Below are positions 12,504-26,485 of a stretch of DNA of 46,347 nt, one piece after another. Under the pieces are notes generated by a model that saw nothing but the letters and a program-made list of their open reading frames with translations, ran no database searches and had not been told where the DNA came from. Made by a program: the position numbers and the translations under genes. This DNA comes from Octopus bimaculoides (Eukaryota): the NCBI RefSeq assembly GCF_001194135.2, contig NC_068981.1, positions 32,686,056-32,732,402 on the forward strand. The letters are read 5' to 3'. The first letter of the stretch is position 1. Each line of letters begins with the position of its first letter.

Positions 12504-12867
12504 AATATAGGTTTAATCAAAAGATTAAATGTGGTACTTAAAATGTTTGAGGCACCAGAATTTGGTAGGGTAAAAACCAAAAACAAAATCAAGAGATTTG
12601 GTGAATAAAATTTGAAGAAAACCAACAAAAATTCAATAGGATATAGCAGTACCTACGTTTCCTACAAACTTCATTTATTTATGTAGTGAGAACACCACAT
12701 AAAATGTGCAATGAAAATGTACTCCTCAGCTGCATAATGGAATTTCATTTTAGAAAGTCGTTTTGTAGATCTGTGCAAAAGCAAGAGTAGAAGAAGAAAA
12801 TACCAGACTGTTGATTAGCAGCCCAGTCAAGATGGTATTTTCTTCTTCTACTCTTGTTTTTCTTCAA

Positions 12868-12933
<66 letters not shown>

Positions 12934-13019
12934 CTGTTCTTTACCAAAGTAAGAAATTATCAACATCCTCATCATATTTATTAGACAAATGCAGTGGAGC
13001 AATATAAAGTAGCACTTCT

Positions 13020-13095
13020 TTTATACGTTCCGAGTTCAAATCACATCATTTTTGCCTTTCACTTCTCCGATATCGATAAATAAGAACTGATCTCG
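13020..13095 (+). mobile_element. Short decayed SINE family B fragment
   Basis: acgttccgagttcaaat...ttttgcctttcac...atcgataaataag matches the family B core. Confidence 0.5.
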
Positions 13096-14220
13096 TACAG
13101 AAGTTGATTTAACTAACTATACCTTAAGCCAATATCTGTTGTGCTGTGTCTTTGTTAGAATGAGTATTACTTTTATTATTAGTCTTATTATTATTGGTTT
13201 ATCTGTTGTTATTTCACCCCTCGTATTATCACAGTTTATATTGTGATTGCAGCATCCAGTTTTCTTTTTTCGATGCAGTTAATGATTAACTATTTTGATG
13301 TTGCGAGTTTTTTTTTTTTTTTTTTTCCTTTTTTATATTTTTTCATCCATATTACAAGAAACAAATTCTCACATATATTTTATTGCCCGTTAAGTATTGT
13401 TCTTCTGTTACTGTTGTAAATTATTATTTATCATTATGGCGAACTGTTTATTGTGATGGTGTATGTGTAAGGCATTGTTGTTGATGGTGGTGTGTGTAGA
13501 TTATAATGTTGTTGTTCTTGTTGATGTTGTTGTTTAGCCTTAGGTCAATTCTGATCGAGCAGACTTTATGATCAAACGCGTCCCGATCGTGGTGGTAGTT
13601 GTGAATATGGTTGCTTCAGCCAAGTTCTCAATTAACAACAATATGGAGGAAGCTGATCAAAGTGCATCATATGATTCATCGTGCATAAACGGTAACTGAG
13701 AACTATGTTACGCGGGAAATTAAAATCTCTGCCCACCTAGGCTAAAGATAATGAAGCAAACCGACTGTTATTTATTCAGTCTCATACAGTTGGTTTCTTA
13801 CCTAATTATTCATCTGTTGTTTATCAGAAGTTCTGGTTTAGCTTCAATTGTATATGTTCATTTGTAAGCAATCAGGTAAGACAAATGACAATTTGACCAG
13901 TATAGCCACGAGGCAATAGATTTAAATGCTGTGTTTTCAAGATCTTGTACAACTTTAAACCCGAATATTATATGTCTTACAAATGTATCCAAGCTATTTA
14001 TATTTATTTAGTTATTTATTTATTTTAATTTTTATCGGAACATATGTTTATTGTTTATAATAATCGTAAGACTGAGAGATAATTTTTATATTTAAGTGTG
14101 TCAGATATAACTTATTGAAACGCCGGGAGGAACGAATTCTTGAAATATCGACATTGTTCTTTGTTAATTGCTATTTCAAAGCTATAAATGTGCGTGTATT
14201 TTGTGTGAGTAGATAGATAA

Positions 14221-14259
<39 letters not shown>

Positions 14260-14270
14260 CATATGCATAC

Positions 14271-14329
<59 letters not shown>

Positions 14330-14361
14330 CTTGTATGAATATGTGTATTTATATACATAAG

Positions 14362-14745
14362 TACAGTCGTGGCTGTATTGTAAAAAGCTTGCTTCCCAAC
14401 CGCATGGTTCGTGGTTCAATTTCACTGTGCGGCACCTTGAGCAAATGTGTTTTGTTGTAGCCTCGGACCGACCAAATCGTTGTGAGTGGATTTGGTTGAC
14501 GAAAACTAATAGAAGTCCGTCGTATATGTTTGTGTGTGTGTGTGTGATCATTGCTTCACTACCGGTATTGATGTGTTTACGTCCCTGTAACTTAAAAGTT
14601 CGGTAAAAAAAAAAAGACCGACAGAATAAATACCAGACTTAGAAGAAAAAAATAAGTACTGGGGTAGATACATTCAGCTAAAAATTCTTCAAGGCGGTGC
14701 CACAGCATGACCGCAGTCTAATGACTGAAAGAAATAAAAATTAAA
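14362..14745 (+). mobile_element. SINE family A, near full length, diverged
   Basis: Head gtggctgtattgtaaaaagcttgcttcccaacc...ggttcaatttc, core ggcaccttgagcaaatgtg, internal (TG)n, 3' ggcggtgccacagcatgaccgcagtctaatgactgaaa. Confidence 0.85.
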
Positions 14746-15008
14746 CGATAAAAGGTAAAAAATATATAGAAAATATCCATAATCTGCGTCAATTACTAAG
14801 GATGAAGATAACTGTTTACCCTCCGCTCATATATGAACGTAAGATAATTTACGCCCTTGACCATGTAATCAAAATTCTTGATCGACGCAGGACACCACAC
14901 CATCCTACTCTTCATTTATCCATAGGCACTATTGTCCCCGGTCTATAGGTTGTCTTATACTCCATTTCACTCGCTGTGCAATTATTCTTGCCTCTTTCTT
15001 TCATGTGA

Positions 15009-15316
15009 AGCCGCATGGGTTAGTGGTTAGTGATGTTCGGCTCACGGTCGTAAGATCATGAGTTCGGGAATTGTTTCTTTCTGTAAGACATTTTATTATA
15101 CTTGCTCCAGTCCATTTAGCTGGCAAAAGTGAGTGGTACCTGTAACTCAAAGGGCCAGCCTTGTCACATTCTGTGTCAAGCCGAATTTTCCTGAGAACTA
15201 CGTTAAGAGTAAGCGTGCTTGTGGAGTGCTCAACCAATTGCACGATAATTTCCCGAGCAGATTGTTTCGTTGATCATATCAACTTGAAACCTTGTCGTCG
15301 TAACCGACGGAGTGTC
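15009..15316 (+). mobile_element. SINE family C (tRNA-like head; 3' module shared with 35344-35735)
   Basis: Head gggttagtggttag...gagttcgg. The 3' part gtacctgtaactcaaagggccagccttgtcac...gacggagtgtc aligns with the reverse complement of 35354-35530. Confidence 0.75.
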
Positions 15317-15472
15317 GGTTTCTTCCATGTCCACTTTATCTTAGCTACAGAGCTGATTTTTTTCTGTATCCTGTTTTGTTAAGTCGACAAATTTAAATAC
15401 GTCATACCTAAGTTTTCGTAATGTTCCTTATTTTTATATATTTGTTGTTTCGTGTGTTCTACTCATTGTATT

Positions 15473-15697
15473 TATTTCTTTATTGCCCACAGGGGGCTAA
15501 ACATAAAGGGGACAAACAAGGACAGACAAAGGGATTAAGTCGATTACATCGACCGCAGTGCGTAACTGGTACTTATTTAATCGACCCCCAAAAGGATGAA
15601 AGGCAAAGTCGACTCAGCAGAATTTGAACGTAACGGCAGACGAAATACTGCTAGGCATTTCACTCGGCGTGCCAACGATTCTGCCGGCTCACCACCA
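15473..15697 (-). mobile_element. SINE family B, tail type 2
   Basis: Family B head and core with an alternative 3' end (...ccctttgtctgtccttgtttgtcccc...gtgggcaataaagaaataa). Same structure as 43781-44015. Confidence 0.85.
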
Positions 15698-16558
15698 TTC
15701 ATTGTATTGTGCTGTTCGAACAAACACATTTGTTTAGTAGCATGTATTATAAATCTACTAAATCATTGAAATGAGCGATCCTATTGTTAAAATACGAAAT
15801 TAGTTTGATCTTCAGTTAGTAGCTGCTGAGGGGAGAGTTGCACTCATGTTAGCTCTTGTCCATATCCCATTACTTTTATTTGTTGTCTATTTATTTTTCT
15901 TCAAATTATTTGTAACACCAAACTGAGTTATTTTGTCTAACATTCATGTTTCCTTATTTATATTATTTTTCAGCGCCCGTCTTCACAAATATAGTTGTGT
16001 GAGCGCATGCACGCCTCTGTGTATATATGTACGTCTATATGTATGCATATAAAGGCATATTTGTATGTGTATTTAATCCGTTAATATTCATTTCATATAA
16101 GAGCCAGTTGAAATAAAATGCAATGAACATAGAAAATTTGTCGCTCGAGTCACCCTATATGTTCATCATATATTTGCGGGTATTAACACAATAATTAATT
16201 TATGCAAATTTATACTGATAAAGACAGTAAAACTTTTAAATGTTCTACATATAGAAACTACTTGCATTGCTGGAAGCCACTTACTTCAGTAAGAAATGAA
16301 TGATTGAATTCTTGTCATGTTTACAGTTTGCCATNNNNNNNNNNATATATATATATATGTATATATATATTTATACACATACATATATGTAATAAATATG
16401 AGCGTTTCGTAACATATATATATATATATACATACATACACACACTCACACACACATATATATATATATATACATGTACATGTATATATATAATATATAT
16501 ACATACATGTAATAAATATGAGCGTTTCCGTAATATATATACATACATACACACAAAC

Positions 16559-16621
<63 letters not shown>

Positions 16622-16738
16622 CATAAATGTAACTGTGTGGGGGCATGGGCATGAATATTTACACATACAACTACTCATATAGTATATATATCTAAATGCG
16701 TGAGTGTGTGTGGTAATGTTTGTGTAGAGTAAGTGGGG

Positions 16739-16780
<42 letters not shown>

Positions 16781-17489
16781 NNNNNNNNNNAAATTATCAT
16801 TAAGCATCTTCAGAACGAAATTAATATATTTTCAACTGCTCGGAGACAGAACACAGGAGAAATCATACAGAACAGAAATATTAAAATCATTTCTCTTGAA
16901 GCAGAATGTGTTGAACAAGTATCTAAAGAAATCGGTTATTTATAGAGGAGAATAGGTTTTAAAGAAACCTATATGATTCCATTGTATTTATGATCTAAAT
17001 TCACAATCTTTGGAAACACGCTACAATCTTGCGCACCTTTCACAAGATTGACAATCCTTTTGAGACTGATAACTATCAGCCTATTGTACTTCCCATATCT
17101 TAAAAGTGATACAGTCATTAACAAAGTCTTCTTTAGCACCTGGAATATCTTTACGTCCTTAATGACCATAGCTATTAGCGTCAGTAAAGCCAGATCTAAT
17201 GGAGGCTTACTCTCATATGTCCCCCAATAACAGGTTCACTTCACAGAGAAATCTGATGAAAGCAGTATTGCTGCTCTTTACATCAGCTAAGCTTTTGACC
17301 AAATCTAATACGCGAATCCCCTATACAATCCGTCTCGTATCTCGTCTTTTAAATTCATAGCTCCTTGTCATGATATTGATGGAGTTCTCTCTCTCCCTCT
17401 CCTTCTCCCTCTCTCTCTCTCTCTCTCTCCTTCTCTCTCTCCCTCTCTCTCTCCCTTTCTTTCTCTCTCTTTTACTGTCTCTGGTCCCC

Positions 17490-18240
17490 ACTTATCAACA
17501 CTTGTGTGTCTCAAGATCCGGTTTTGTCCCCTATACTCTCCTACATATAGAGGACCTGCTTATTATCTCCAACAATGCCTAATTTTTATGTAGCTGATAC
17601 TATCCTAACTTTCCCGTCCAACTGAGATACTTTACCCCAAACCTGCACTGACCTCATAAACAGAAACCTTGAAAACATACCTCCGTAGTGTTAGATCAGT
17701 CATGTCTTCGAAAGCAAATGCCATTGTACCTCAACTCGAGTCTTTATCACAGTTTTTCATGATAGAGCCACTATGTATTTCTGCCTTCAACTACTACAAA
17801 CTCTCTAGAAAGCTCAAGGAAGTTGCATATTGAAGTACTGTATAGATGTGACTGTACTGCAGACACAGACATTCAGTACCTTCCAAAGAAAGCTCACTCG
17901 GTTGATTGGCATTTTTAGCAAAAAAAAAAATGCTCAACTAGTTCACAGGTATACTGTTTCCTTATTTTGCGATTTGCATGGATAGTACAGTAGCTCCTGT
18001 CCCTCAGATTTCCGGTCTCGCCTCACTTCTATTCAACGACTCCCGACTCATTTATTCACATTGCTTTCATCACCATTGTTTTTAACTCGACTTCAAGGTT
18101 TGCTTTAACTACTACGCCATTTTTTCTCCCCACATTGTCGGCTATTAAGAATTCTCTCCCTTCGTGTGTTTTTCCTCCAGTCACTTCTCGACAATAGTTT
18201 AGACGAAATGTTAATGGCGTCAATCTCACTGGTCTCTAAG
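17490..18240 (+). mobile_element. Heavily decayed L2/CR1/Jockey-type LINE RT and 3' region
   Basis: VSRSGFVPYTLLHIEDL (end of ORF 17370..17582) resembles the GVPQGSVL.P.LFLLYINDL motif. Downstream NSLPSCVFPP (about 18148) resembles the LWNSLP..VF C-terminal motif. Confidence 0.5.
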
Positions 18241-18299
18241 GGTCTCTTTCCTCAAAAGCGAAACAATAAAAGCAAATCTCATACTTTCAATAAAAATTA

Positions 18300-18500
18300 T
18301 TGAATTCTAATTTTATCACAAGGCTACAAATATTTGAAGAAGGGAGGTAGTTGAATGACTCGAATCCCAGTAATTAACTGCTACTTATTGCATTTACCCA
18401 TAATGATTAAAACTAAACTTTGCCTCCACGGGATTTGAACTCGGAATGTTTCGGTAACAACATAAATTGATACTGCAACGAGTGCCTTTAATCCATCATT
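18300..18500 (-). mobile_element. Old, diverged SINE family B-like copy
   Basis: cacaaggctaca...cccagtaattaactgctacttatt...ggatttgaactcggaatg follows the family B order on the minus strand. Confidence 0.5.
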
Positions 18501-19637
18501 CGACTGTCTGTCTTTTACTGCTTCTACAGCTCCCTTACTAATTCAAATTATTCTAAACACCCGAATCTTCTAACACAATAACAGAAAGAAAAATTAGGAA
18601 ATTCGCCTTATTAGATACTTCTTTCGGTTATTTTTGTTCTTCCGCCTCCCCCCCCCACCTCACATATGCTATCATCTAATAGTACAGTCTCTTATTGACA
18701 GTTGATACTGAGACCAGAAGAAAATTTCTACTTCCCATTTTCCACCCTATTCAATTTATACTCTGCTTTTCTCATCCACTTTATCTTCCAGCTATTTTCT
18801 TCATCTCCCTGAACGCTTTCTCCGTTTTCTCTAATTATCTCACCTTTTTCGTCTTGTTATTTCAAACGATTGTGTTTGTTGGTTTTGTTTTCTTTATTTC
18901 AGTTGTTGTTTTGTTGTTTTATTTTCTCATTCGTTTTATACATTTTAATAGTTTTATTTGGTTGTGCGCGTTTTAATGGTTTTACTCCATTTTGTTTTGT
19001 TTGTTTGGTTTTTATGCTTTATATGTTATTTTTTTTAATTTGTTGCTATTTTTTTTAAAGATCGGTGAATTATATAGAAAAGGAAATAATTTACAAGCAA
19101 CTAGTTACTGTGTTAAAATAAAATTCCGCTGAGACAAAACACAAAATAAAGAATATAAACGAAACAACAGTAAAAAGAAAATTAAAAACATATATATAAA
19201 ATAATAGAAATAAAAACAAACCTGTGACTAGAAGAGGTGAAATAAAAAGAAGTAATAAAGAAGAAGGAAAAGCAGAAGAAAGAGAAATTTAATGAAAGTT
19301 AGAAAATGGCCGCGAGCGTTGTAAGGAAATAGCGTTTCTTCGTCATGGGAACCTCAAAGACATCAAATTAGGTGTCAAAAAGTTTGAAGGGAAAAAATTA
19401 GAGGCTTTTCACATATTACATTTTAAGATCGCAGCAAAATTAGAGCCTTTAGCAATGTATGTATGTATGTATGCATTACTTTGGATGTATGTATGAATGC
19501 AGGCAGGTATGTATACGTGAATATATATATATATATGTGCGTGTCTGTGTGTGTATGTATATATATATACATATATATATACACGTATATATATATATAT
19601 ATATATATATGAACATATATATATGTATACATATATA

Positions 19638-19677
<40 letters not shown>

Positions 19678-19853
19678 CATACCTACATACGTGCACACAC
19701 ATATCCGTGTTTATATACATACGTATGTGTGTGTATGTGTGCATATATGTATGTAGGTCTCTATCACGATACAACGTATGTGAATACACGCGAATAAACA
19801 AACATTCACAAACGTGTGTGTTTTTACAAATATATACACATTGATATACATAC

Positions 19854-19895
<42 letters not shown>

Positions 19896-20400
19896 NNNNN
19901 NNNNNNNNNNNNNNNNNNNNNNNNNNNNNNNNNNNNNNNNNNNNNNNNNNNNNNNNNNNNNNNNNNNNNNNNNNNNNNNNNNNNNNNNNNNNNNNNNNNN
20001 NNNNNNNNNNNNNNNNNNNNNNNNNNNNNNNNNNNNNNNNNNNNNNNNNNNNNNNNNNNNNNNNNNNNNNNNNNNNNNNNNNNNNNNNNNNNNNNNNNNN
20101 NNNNNNNNNNNNNNNNNNNNNNNNNNNNNNNNNNNNNNNNNNNNNNNNNNNNNNNNNNNNNNNNNNNNNNNNNNNNNNNNNNNNNNNNNNNNNNNNNNNN
20201 NNNNNNNNNNNNNNNNNNNNNNNNNNNNNNNNNNNNNNNNNNNNNNNNNNNNNNNNNNNNNNNNNNNNNNNNNNNNNNNNNNNNNNNNNNNNNNNNNNNN
20301 NNNNNNNNNNNNNNNNNNNNNNNNNNNNNNNNNNNNNNNNNNNNNNNNNNNNNNNNNNNNNNNNNNNNNNNNNNNNNNNNNNNNNNNNNNNNNNNNNNNN

Positions 20401-20479
<79 letters not shown>
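20401..20479. repeat. (TG)n microsatellite next to a gap
   Basis: Direct reading. Confidence 0.95.
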
Positions 20480-20482
<3 letters not shown>

Positions 20483-20851
20483 ATAGAATTCTAGAACAAA
20501 GCAAGACTCTGATGACAACAATAACAACAACCGCAAGAAAACAACAATAGTAAAACAATAATAGTGAAGGGGGACTTTGATGACAATGATGACGACTACG
20601 ACGATAATGACAATAAGAGAAAAGTAGCTGGGAAAATAGGAGAAACTGAAAAACAAAGAAAGACATAGTGTAAACGAGTGCTATTGCTATAAAAGACCAG
20701 GCTTGTTTTATTGTGCGCAATGGCAGCACAGTTTCCTCTAACATGAATGGCTATATGGCCTGGCTTTTCTGCACACCTCGGGCACACCTACCTTGCACTG
20801 CTTGATTGGCACTTGAATTTTACTTTGCGTATATATGTATGTATGTATATA

Positions 20852-20889
<38 letters not shown>

Positions 20890-23509
20890 TCATTCTATTT
20901 TATGGTTTTCTTTATACTTCATACGTATATATTTATTTATTTAATTTTTTTTGCTTTGCCCAACAGAATTTCAATTCAACTTCAAAGGCGGTTCATGCAC
21001 AGAGGGGAGCCGTCTTCACAAGCGTGCACACAATTTCCATAGGTAGTGGCAATATGCTGGTGAAGGCGAAGAAATTTTTATTAGACGCTCTAAAATCGCC
21101 CAGAGATATAGCATGTATCACACATACACAGAAAAGAATTTCACGCTGCGCAGTAAACAAACTATTTAAGCCGCCAACAGAGTAAGCAAGCGCCAGCCCT
21201 ATATACATGGAACTAGCTGCATATTATATATGCAGATACACACATGTAAATTTATATTTGATGCAATAAATATGCATGTAAGTAGTGAATATATGAGTAC
21301 ATTTATTAATGTGAACATATAAATGGACATAGAAATTGACACACTCGCACATACACACACATTGACACATACAAATATATATGCATATGTAGCGACATGT
21401 ATATGTACCTATACATATATATACGTATTTAGACACATGTTCACACTCAAAAGATTATATAATAATTTTATTCTGTAAAGTAAAAACAATAGTACTGCAC
21501 ATGAGTAACATTTTATGCATTCTATCAGCTATATACTTTTAATGCAGTAAGTTTGCATACTAAATATCTGTGCTGTAAGTCTCTATGGAAACAAGTGAAT
21601 ACAAGCATACATACACGCATAGATATGTGTGTATATATGTATTTCATCAGAGTACCCGTGAACATATTCCAGGTTGTTTCAAATTTTTCCGTATATGCTA
21701 TTTTTTCTTGACTTGGCAGAGCTACAGCCCAATATCAGATGGTAAATGACGCATTATATTACTGGTATATATTATATCGTCGACTAAAAAGTAAGACATG
21801 ATATAGATAATCATCCCCAGCTCCAGTATATAAACTGTAAACTAATTATTACAACTCTCTCGGCGTATTTATTTTATTTTGTTTTTATTATTCTACGCTT
21901 TGGAGGCCCTCAAAATGCGATACTATTGAAGTCGATAAAAGATGTATATTGATCTGGATATCGTGCCAGTTTAAGGAAGTAACATTCCCTAGGATTTATT
22001 AACAACTGCTGACAAAATAATTGCAGCAGATTCCAAGATGAATATTATGAGAATCGATAGCACATGTCCCATTATAAATGCATTTACATCATCTGTTGGT
22101 TTAGCGTAGTTGGCACATCTTTGTAATGCAAAAGGTTGATAGCGTAGTGCATTATTTTAAAAGATTTAGCATGCATTAGATTATCTTTGCTTTTGATTAT
22201 AATTCTTATATAATCTAACTTCTGTGAATGTGTATGTGTGTATTTATATACGCTTCACTTAAAAAAAAAACTATGGCATCTCTGGAAACATTTTCAGTGT
22301 TGTATGTTGATTATTAAAGTTTTAAGAACAAGTCAGTAGATATAAATAATATCGAGTGAGTTATTTCTCCTGGGCACTCAGAAAACTATATGTAAGAACA
22401 TTTTAAAATAAAATTACTGAATAGGAAAATAGAAATAATAAAGAGAGTATGAAAATTGATGAGTAAATATGGAGTATAGCAAAGGTTTTAATGTGTTCAC
22501 GAAGGGTCAATCAATAGACAAAACAAGAGGAAAACTAGAGAAGCGCTAAAGTTGTAAGCTGTAACGTTGAAAGGTGCATAGTCGGTGAAGTTGTAACACA
22601 TGACTGAAGGAAGATGTATGGCTGAAAGAATGTTATTTCAGTGATTCTTTGTTTTTGCCTTATGTTTGAAGTTTTATAGCAAAAAGGAAAATATTATCCA
22701 TCTATAATAGTAATTTAAAAGGCATGTAATTGAAAACAAGAATACAAAACGGTATAACTTTGAGCAAAGCAAATCATATACAAAAGTGACAAAGATACGT
22801 TTTAAGTATAGATGAGAAGATTTGAATTCTGGAAGCCTCAACAATTTTCCAATTATATACAAGAGTTCAGAAATATTTACCCTACGCCAACACCATGACA
22901 AATATTATTTGAATTACTGGAAGGTCACACCACCCTACGATTAAATGGTCAAGCACTTAACTTCATACACTCTGTTATAATCTCACACTTTCTTTCTATA
23001 TAACAGAAGAGAACTCATTTTATTTTACCCATCGATTGACATTCCTTAACTCTATAATATTTAAGACACCCTATATTTCTTTATAATCTATTTTAAATGT
23101 GTGTGTGTGTGTGTGTGTGTATGTGTGTGTGTGTGTGTGTATGTGTGTGTGTGTGTGTACGTATGTATGTGTGTGTGTGTGTACGTATGTATGTAATGTT
23201 TGATTTTGTTTATATATCTTTATTTTACTCTTTATATATAGTTATCTACTTACCGAGAGAAAATATCTCGCACGAAAAGCTTTTATTTGTAATAAGTTGT
23301 TACCTTCGCAATATTTTTAATCCGACGTGCAATGTCGAATGTATTTTTCGATATACCCAGCTTTCTTTCGAGCGCTCAAGGTTTTTTTCTTTTTTTTTTT
23401 TTTTTTTNNNNNNNNNNTTTTTTTGCATCGTTCGACAATTCATTCAACATTTTATGTGCTATCTTGAAGTAACAATCTTCTTTTCATTGATGGCATATAG
23501 CATGATATT

Positions 23510-23722
23510 CAGAGTGGGCCAAAAGTCACCTGACAATAAACCAAAACCATTTAATTCCAAGTTTTATTTATGTTTAACAACTGAATGAATTTAATAAACA
23601 TGAAAATTGTTCAAACTGAAGTCCTTCTTGAGCGACACATTTTTTCCATTCGAATCAATACAGAATTACAGATAGTATTTGTGGACTTTTGATTTATTGT
23701 CGGGTGACTTCTGGCCAACCTG
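23510..23722. mobile_element. Tc1/mariner-type MITE (about 213 bp)
   Basis: Imperfect TIRs cagagtgggccaaaagtcacctgacaataaa (23510-23540) and tttattgtcgggtgacttctggccaacctg (23693-23722). TA follows the right end. AT-rich interior. Confidence 0.75.
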
Positions 23723-24475
23723 TATACATACATACATACATACATACATATANNNNNNNNNNNNNNNNNNNNNNNNNNNNNNNNNNNNNNNNNNNNNNNN
23801 NNNNNNNNNNNNNNNNNNNNNNNNNNNNNNNNNNNNNNNNNNNNNNNNNNNNNNNNNNNNNNNNNNNNNNNNNNNNNNNNNNNNNNNNNNNNNNNNNNNN
23901 NNNNNNNNNNNNNNNNNNNNNNNNNNNNNNNNNNNNATATGGATGTATACATATTACATATATATATATACATACATATATACACATACATACACACACA
24001 CACACATATATATGTACATTTATGTATGCATGTATGTATGTATGTATGTATCCGCTATTACTGCATGCTTATGCAAATTTTGTTTCTACCGATATAGAAA
24101 AAACACTGATTAACAAGTCACCGGTGTTGCAATACTTGCCAGTCGAAATACATAGAAATCCAGGATCTAGCAATTCCAATTCCGCTGGTGGAAGCCTTTC
24201 GTCTGCTTCTGCTATTTCTATGCTTTTTACCACAATTCGTTTATACGAGATGCTTACTCGAGACGAACACTAGTGTTGTGGCTTTCATACAGTATATACT
24301 TGTTAAAATACACAGAATGATGGAGAGATATATACATTTATGTGTATGTGTGTGTATACATATATATCAACTTGTTTTCCTTCATTCCTTTCCTCCTCTC
24401 TCTCTTCTTTTGTATATGTACACACACATATACACACATACACATACGCACAGACATACATACACATACATACCG

Positions 24476-24530
<55 letters not shown>

Positions 24531-24591
24531 CAGATAAAAATATATGGCAAATGAAAGACGAAAGATGGAATATACGAGAATTTATTATTAA

Positions 24592-24726
24592 TCACGACAA
24601 TTGTTTCGACACATCTAGCATCGAGCCCTCATGGATGGTATACTCAACAACTGGTTCAGGGGCATCAGGCGGTGCAGGTGTATCACGTCGGGTGATAAAT
24701 AGATACAACTCGGTAAAATAACAGTT
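24592..24726 (-). CDS. Candidate terminal coding exon of an unidentified host gene (NCYFTELYLFITRRDTPAPPDAPEPVVEYTIHEGSMLDVSKQLS*)
   Basis: Non-repetitive, GC-richer island. Acceptor ...ttacattgcag| with an upstream pyrimidine run, 44 open codons, TGA, then AATAAA within 10 nt. No recognised homology. Confidence 0.35.
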   Translation of the reverse strand, partial: NCYFTELYLFITRRDTPAPPDAPEPVVEYTIHEGSMLDVSKQLS

Positions 24727-25924
24727 CTGCAATGTAAATTCTCGTTTTGTAGAAAGAAAAGCAGCCAGACGGAGGAAATATCTTCATTTATGTAGATTAA
24801 AAATAAAATCACAGATGGAAAAAAGAGAAACGAACACGCAATCTAGTGAGAAAAATATATACAATAGTATGTATGTCTTTATTTTCTTTTTTCCCTATTT
24901 TTCTTTGTTTATTTCTCTAAGGACATTAATCAATTTTGCCAACAAATTCATACATATATTGTGTATCAATTGTCATTGTCTGTGTTGTTTCTTTCTGATT
25001 TTAATATATTCTCATGCATGGAGACACTGGCAGTCCTCCTTGTGTGTATATTCATCAACCGATTCACGTAGCATTCCGAATTCTCTTGGATAAATATTTC
25101 GAATTATTCTGGATTTATGTGGGAGAAAGAACGCGGAGGAATTTTGGTAGGATATATCATATCATCTTTTGTGTATAACATATTCGCTCGTCAGCTCCCG
25201 ATCCTTTTATTGAAGGCAGGATGTAAGAAAGGAGTGAGAAGAAACTGAAAGAAATTTTACTGTAAGTGCTCGGTTTTCAAAGATCAGGATACTTGGTTGC
25301 TTGTCCTGGTCAGTAGAATGTGTCCGTCATATGGTTATGTTTAAAATATTGTAATTTAATTTAATCTACTTTATCATTTTTTTTCCTCATGAAGATGAGA
25401 CTGTTTCCTCCTCTTCAGAATGGACAGTATCAGTTTTTGCTTGCTCACAAGCTGAAATTTCTGCTGCTCTCAAAATAAGCTTTTTCTTTAGTCACTCTGC
25501 TAAACATTTTAGAAATGTCTTTGTTCCTTCAACTACCAACTATACTTTCACAATATAGTGGACAAGCGTTTAATTCTGTATCTGAACGAATGGAAGTGCA
25601 ATGTGTATCGTGCTTTAAATATACTACCAGTGAACATACTTTCTCCGTGCCATGGGGGATGATGAAGAAAATACACATTGCTAATTGTTCTGTATCTTTT
25701 CCCCTCCACTGTGTGAATTAACTATATACAGATGAATTGGTTGCATCCAAATGGGGATGAGAGCTAATGAAGTATTTGATTATGTAGGTACAGCCAAGGG
25801 CTAAGGTGGAAACCATTAAATATCAGACTTTATTCAGTGAATTACTTACACATGGGCTGGTTTGATGCAGATAATGAGAAAACATACTCCTCCCAATGTA
25901 TAACCATAATTAACATTTGATATT

Positions 25925-26048
25925 AGTTTCTAATTTTGACACAAGGCCGGTGATTTCAGGAGAGGGGACTAGTCGATTACATCGAACCCAATGTTATTTT
26001 ATCGACCCTGAAAGGATGAAAGGCAAGGTCAGCCTCAGCGGAATTTCA
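25925..26048 (-). mobile_element. SINE family B, 3' half (5'-truncated)
   Basis: gacacaaggcc...gtcgattacatcga...ttttatcgaccctgaaaggatgaaaggcaaggtc...gcggaattt. Confidence 0.8.
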
Positions 26049-26340
26049 ATCAACATTTAATATTAAATTCAATAACGAATATTCAATTAATGTTTAATTA
26101 ATTTCAGTTTTAAGCCCATACCATAAAATTTGCTTAACTCACTGCACAGACACGTCAATGAGCTTATTCTTCAATTCTATGTAACCAACCAATTCTCACC
26201 AAGAATTTTTGTGTCAGGACTTAGGCTTATGACATACGTGCATCACGTATATCGGAACTTTAGCACTTATAAATTAACACTTGACCACAGATTCTTTATC
26301 TTAACTATGTACCTTGTAATATTCTGTATCACGTAAAATC

Positions 26341-26485
26341 GGTTTCAAAGTTTGGCACAAGGCCAGTAAATACGAAAAAGAGGGTAAGTCGATTACATCG
26401 ACCGCAGTGCTCGACTCGTAGTTATTTTATCGACCCGGAAAGCATGAAAAGTAAAGTCGAAATCGCTAAGCATCTTGCCCTACGT
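26341..26485 (-). mobile_element. SINE family B fragment with internal deletion
   Basis: ggcacaaggccag...gtcgattacatcgacc...ttttatcgacccggaaagcatgaaaagtaaagtcga joined directly to aatcgctaagcatcttgccc. Confidence 0.75.

Noticed and set aside
19300-19330. YY1-like AAAATGGCCGCG motif as a promoter
   Set aside because: A single short motif with no CpG island or downstream exon evidence.
23240-23470. Possible mariner N-terminal remnant next to the MITE
   Set aside because: No WVPHEL-like motif is recoverable, so it is not supportable without an HMM search.
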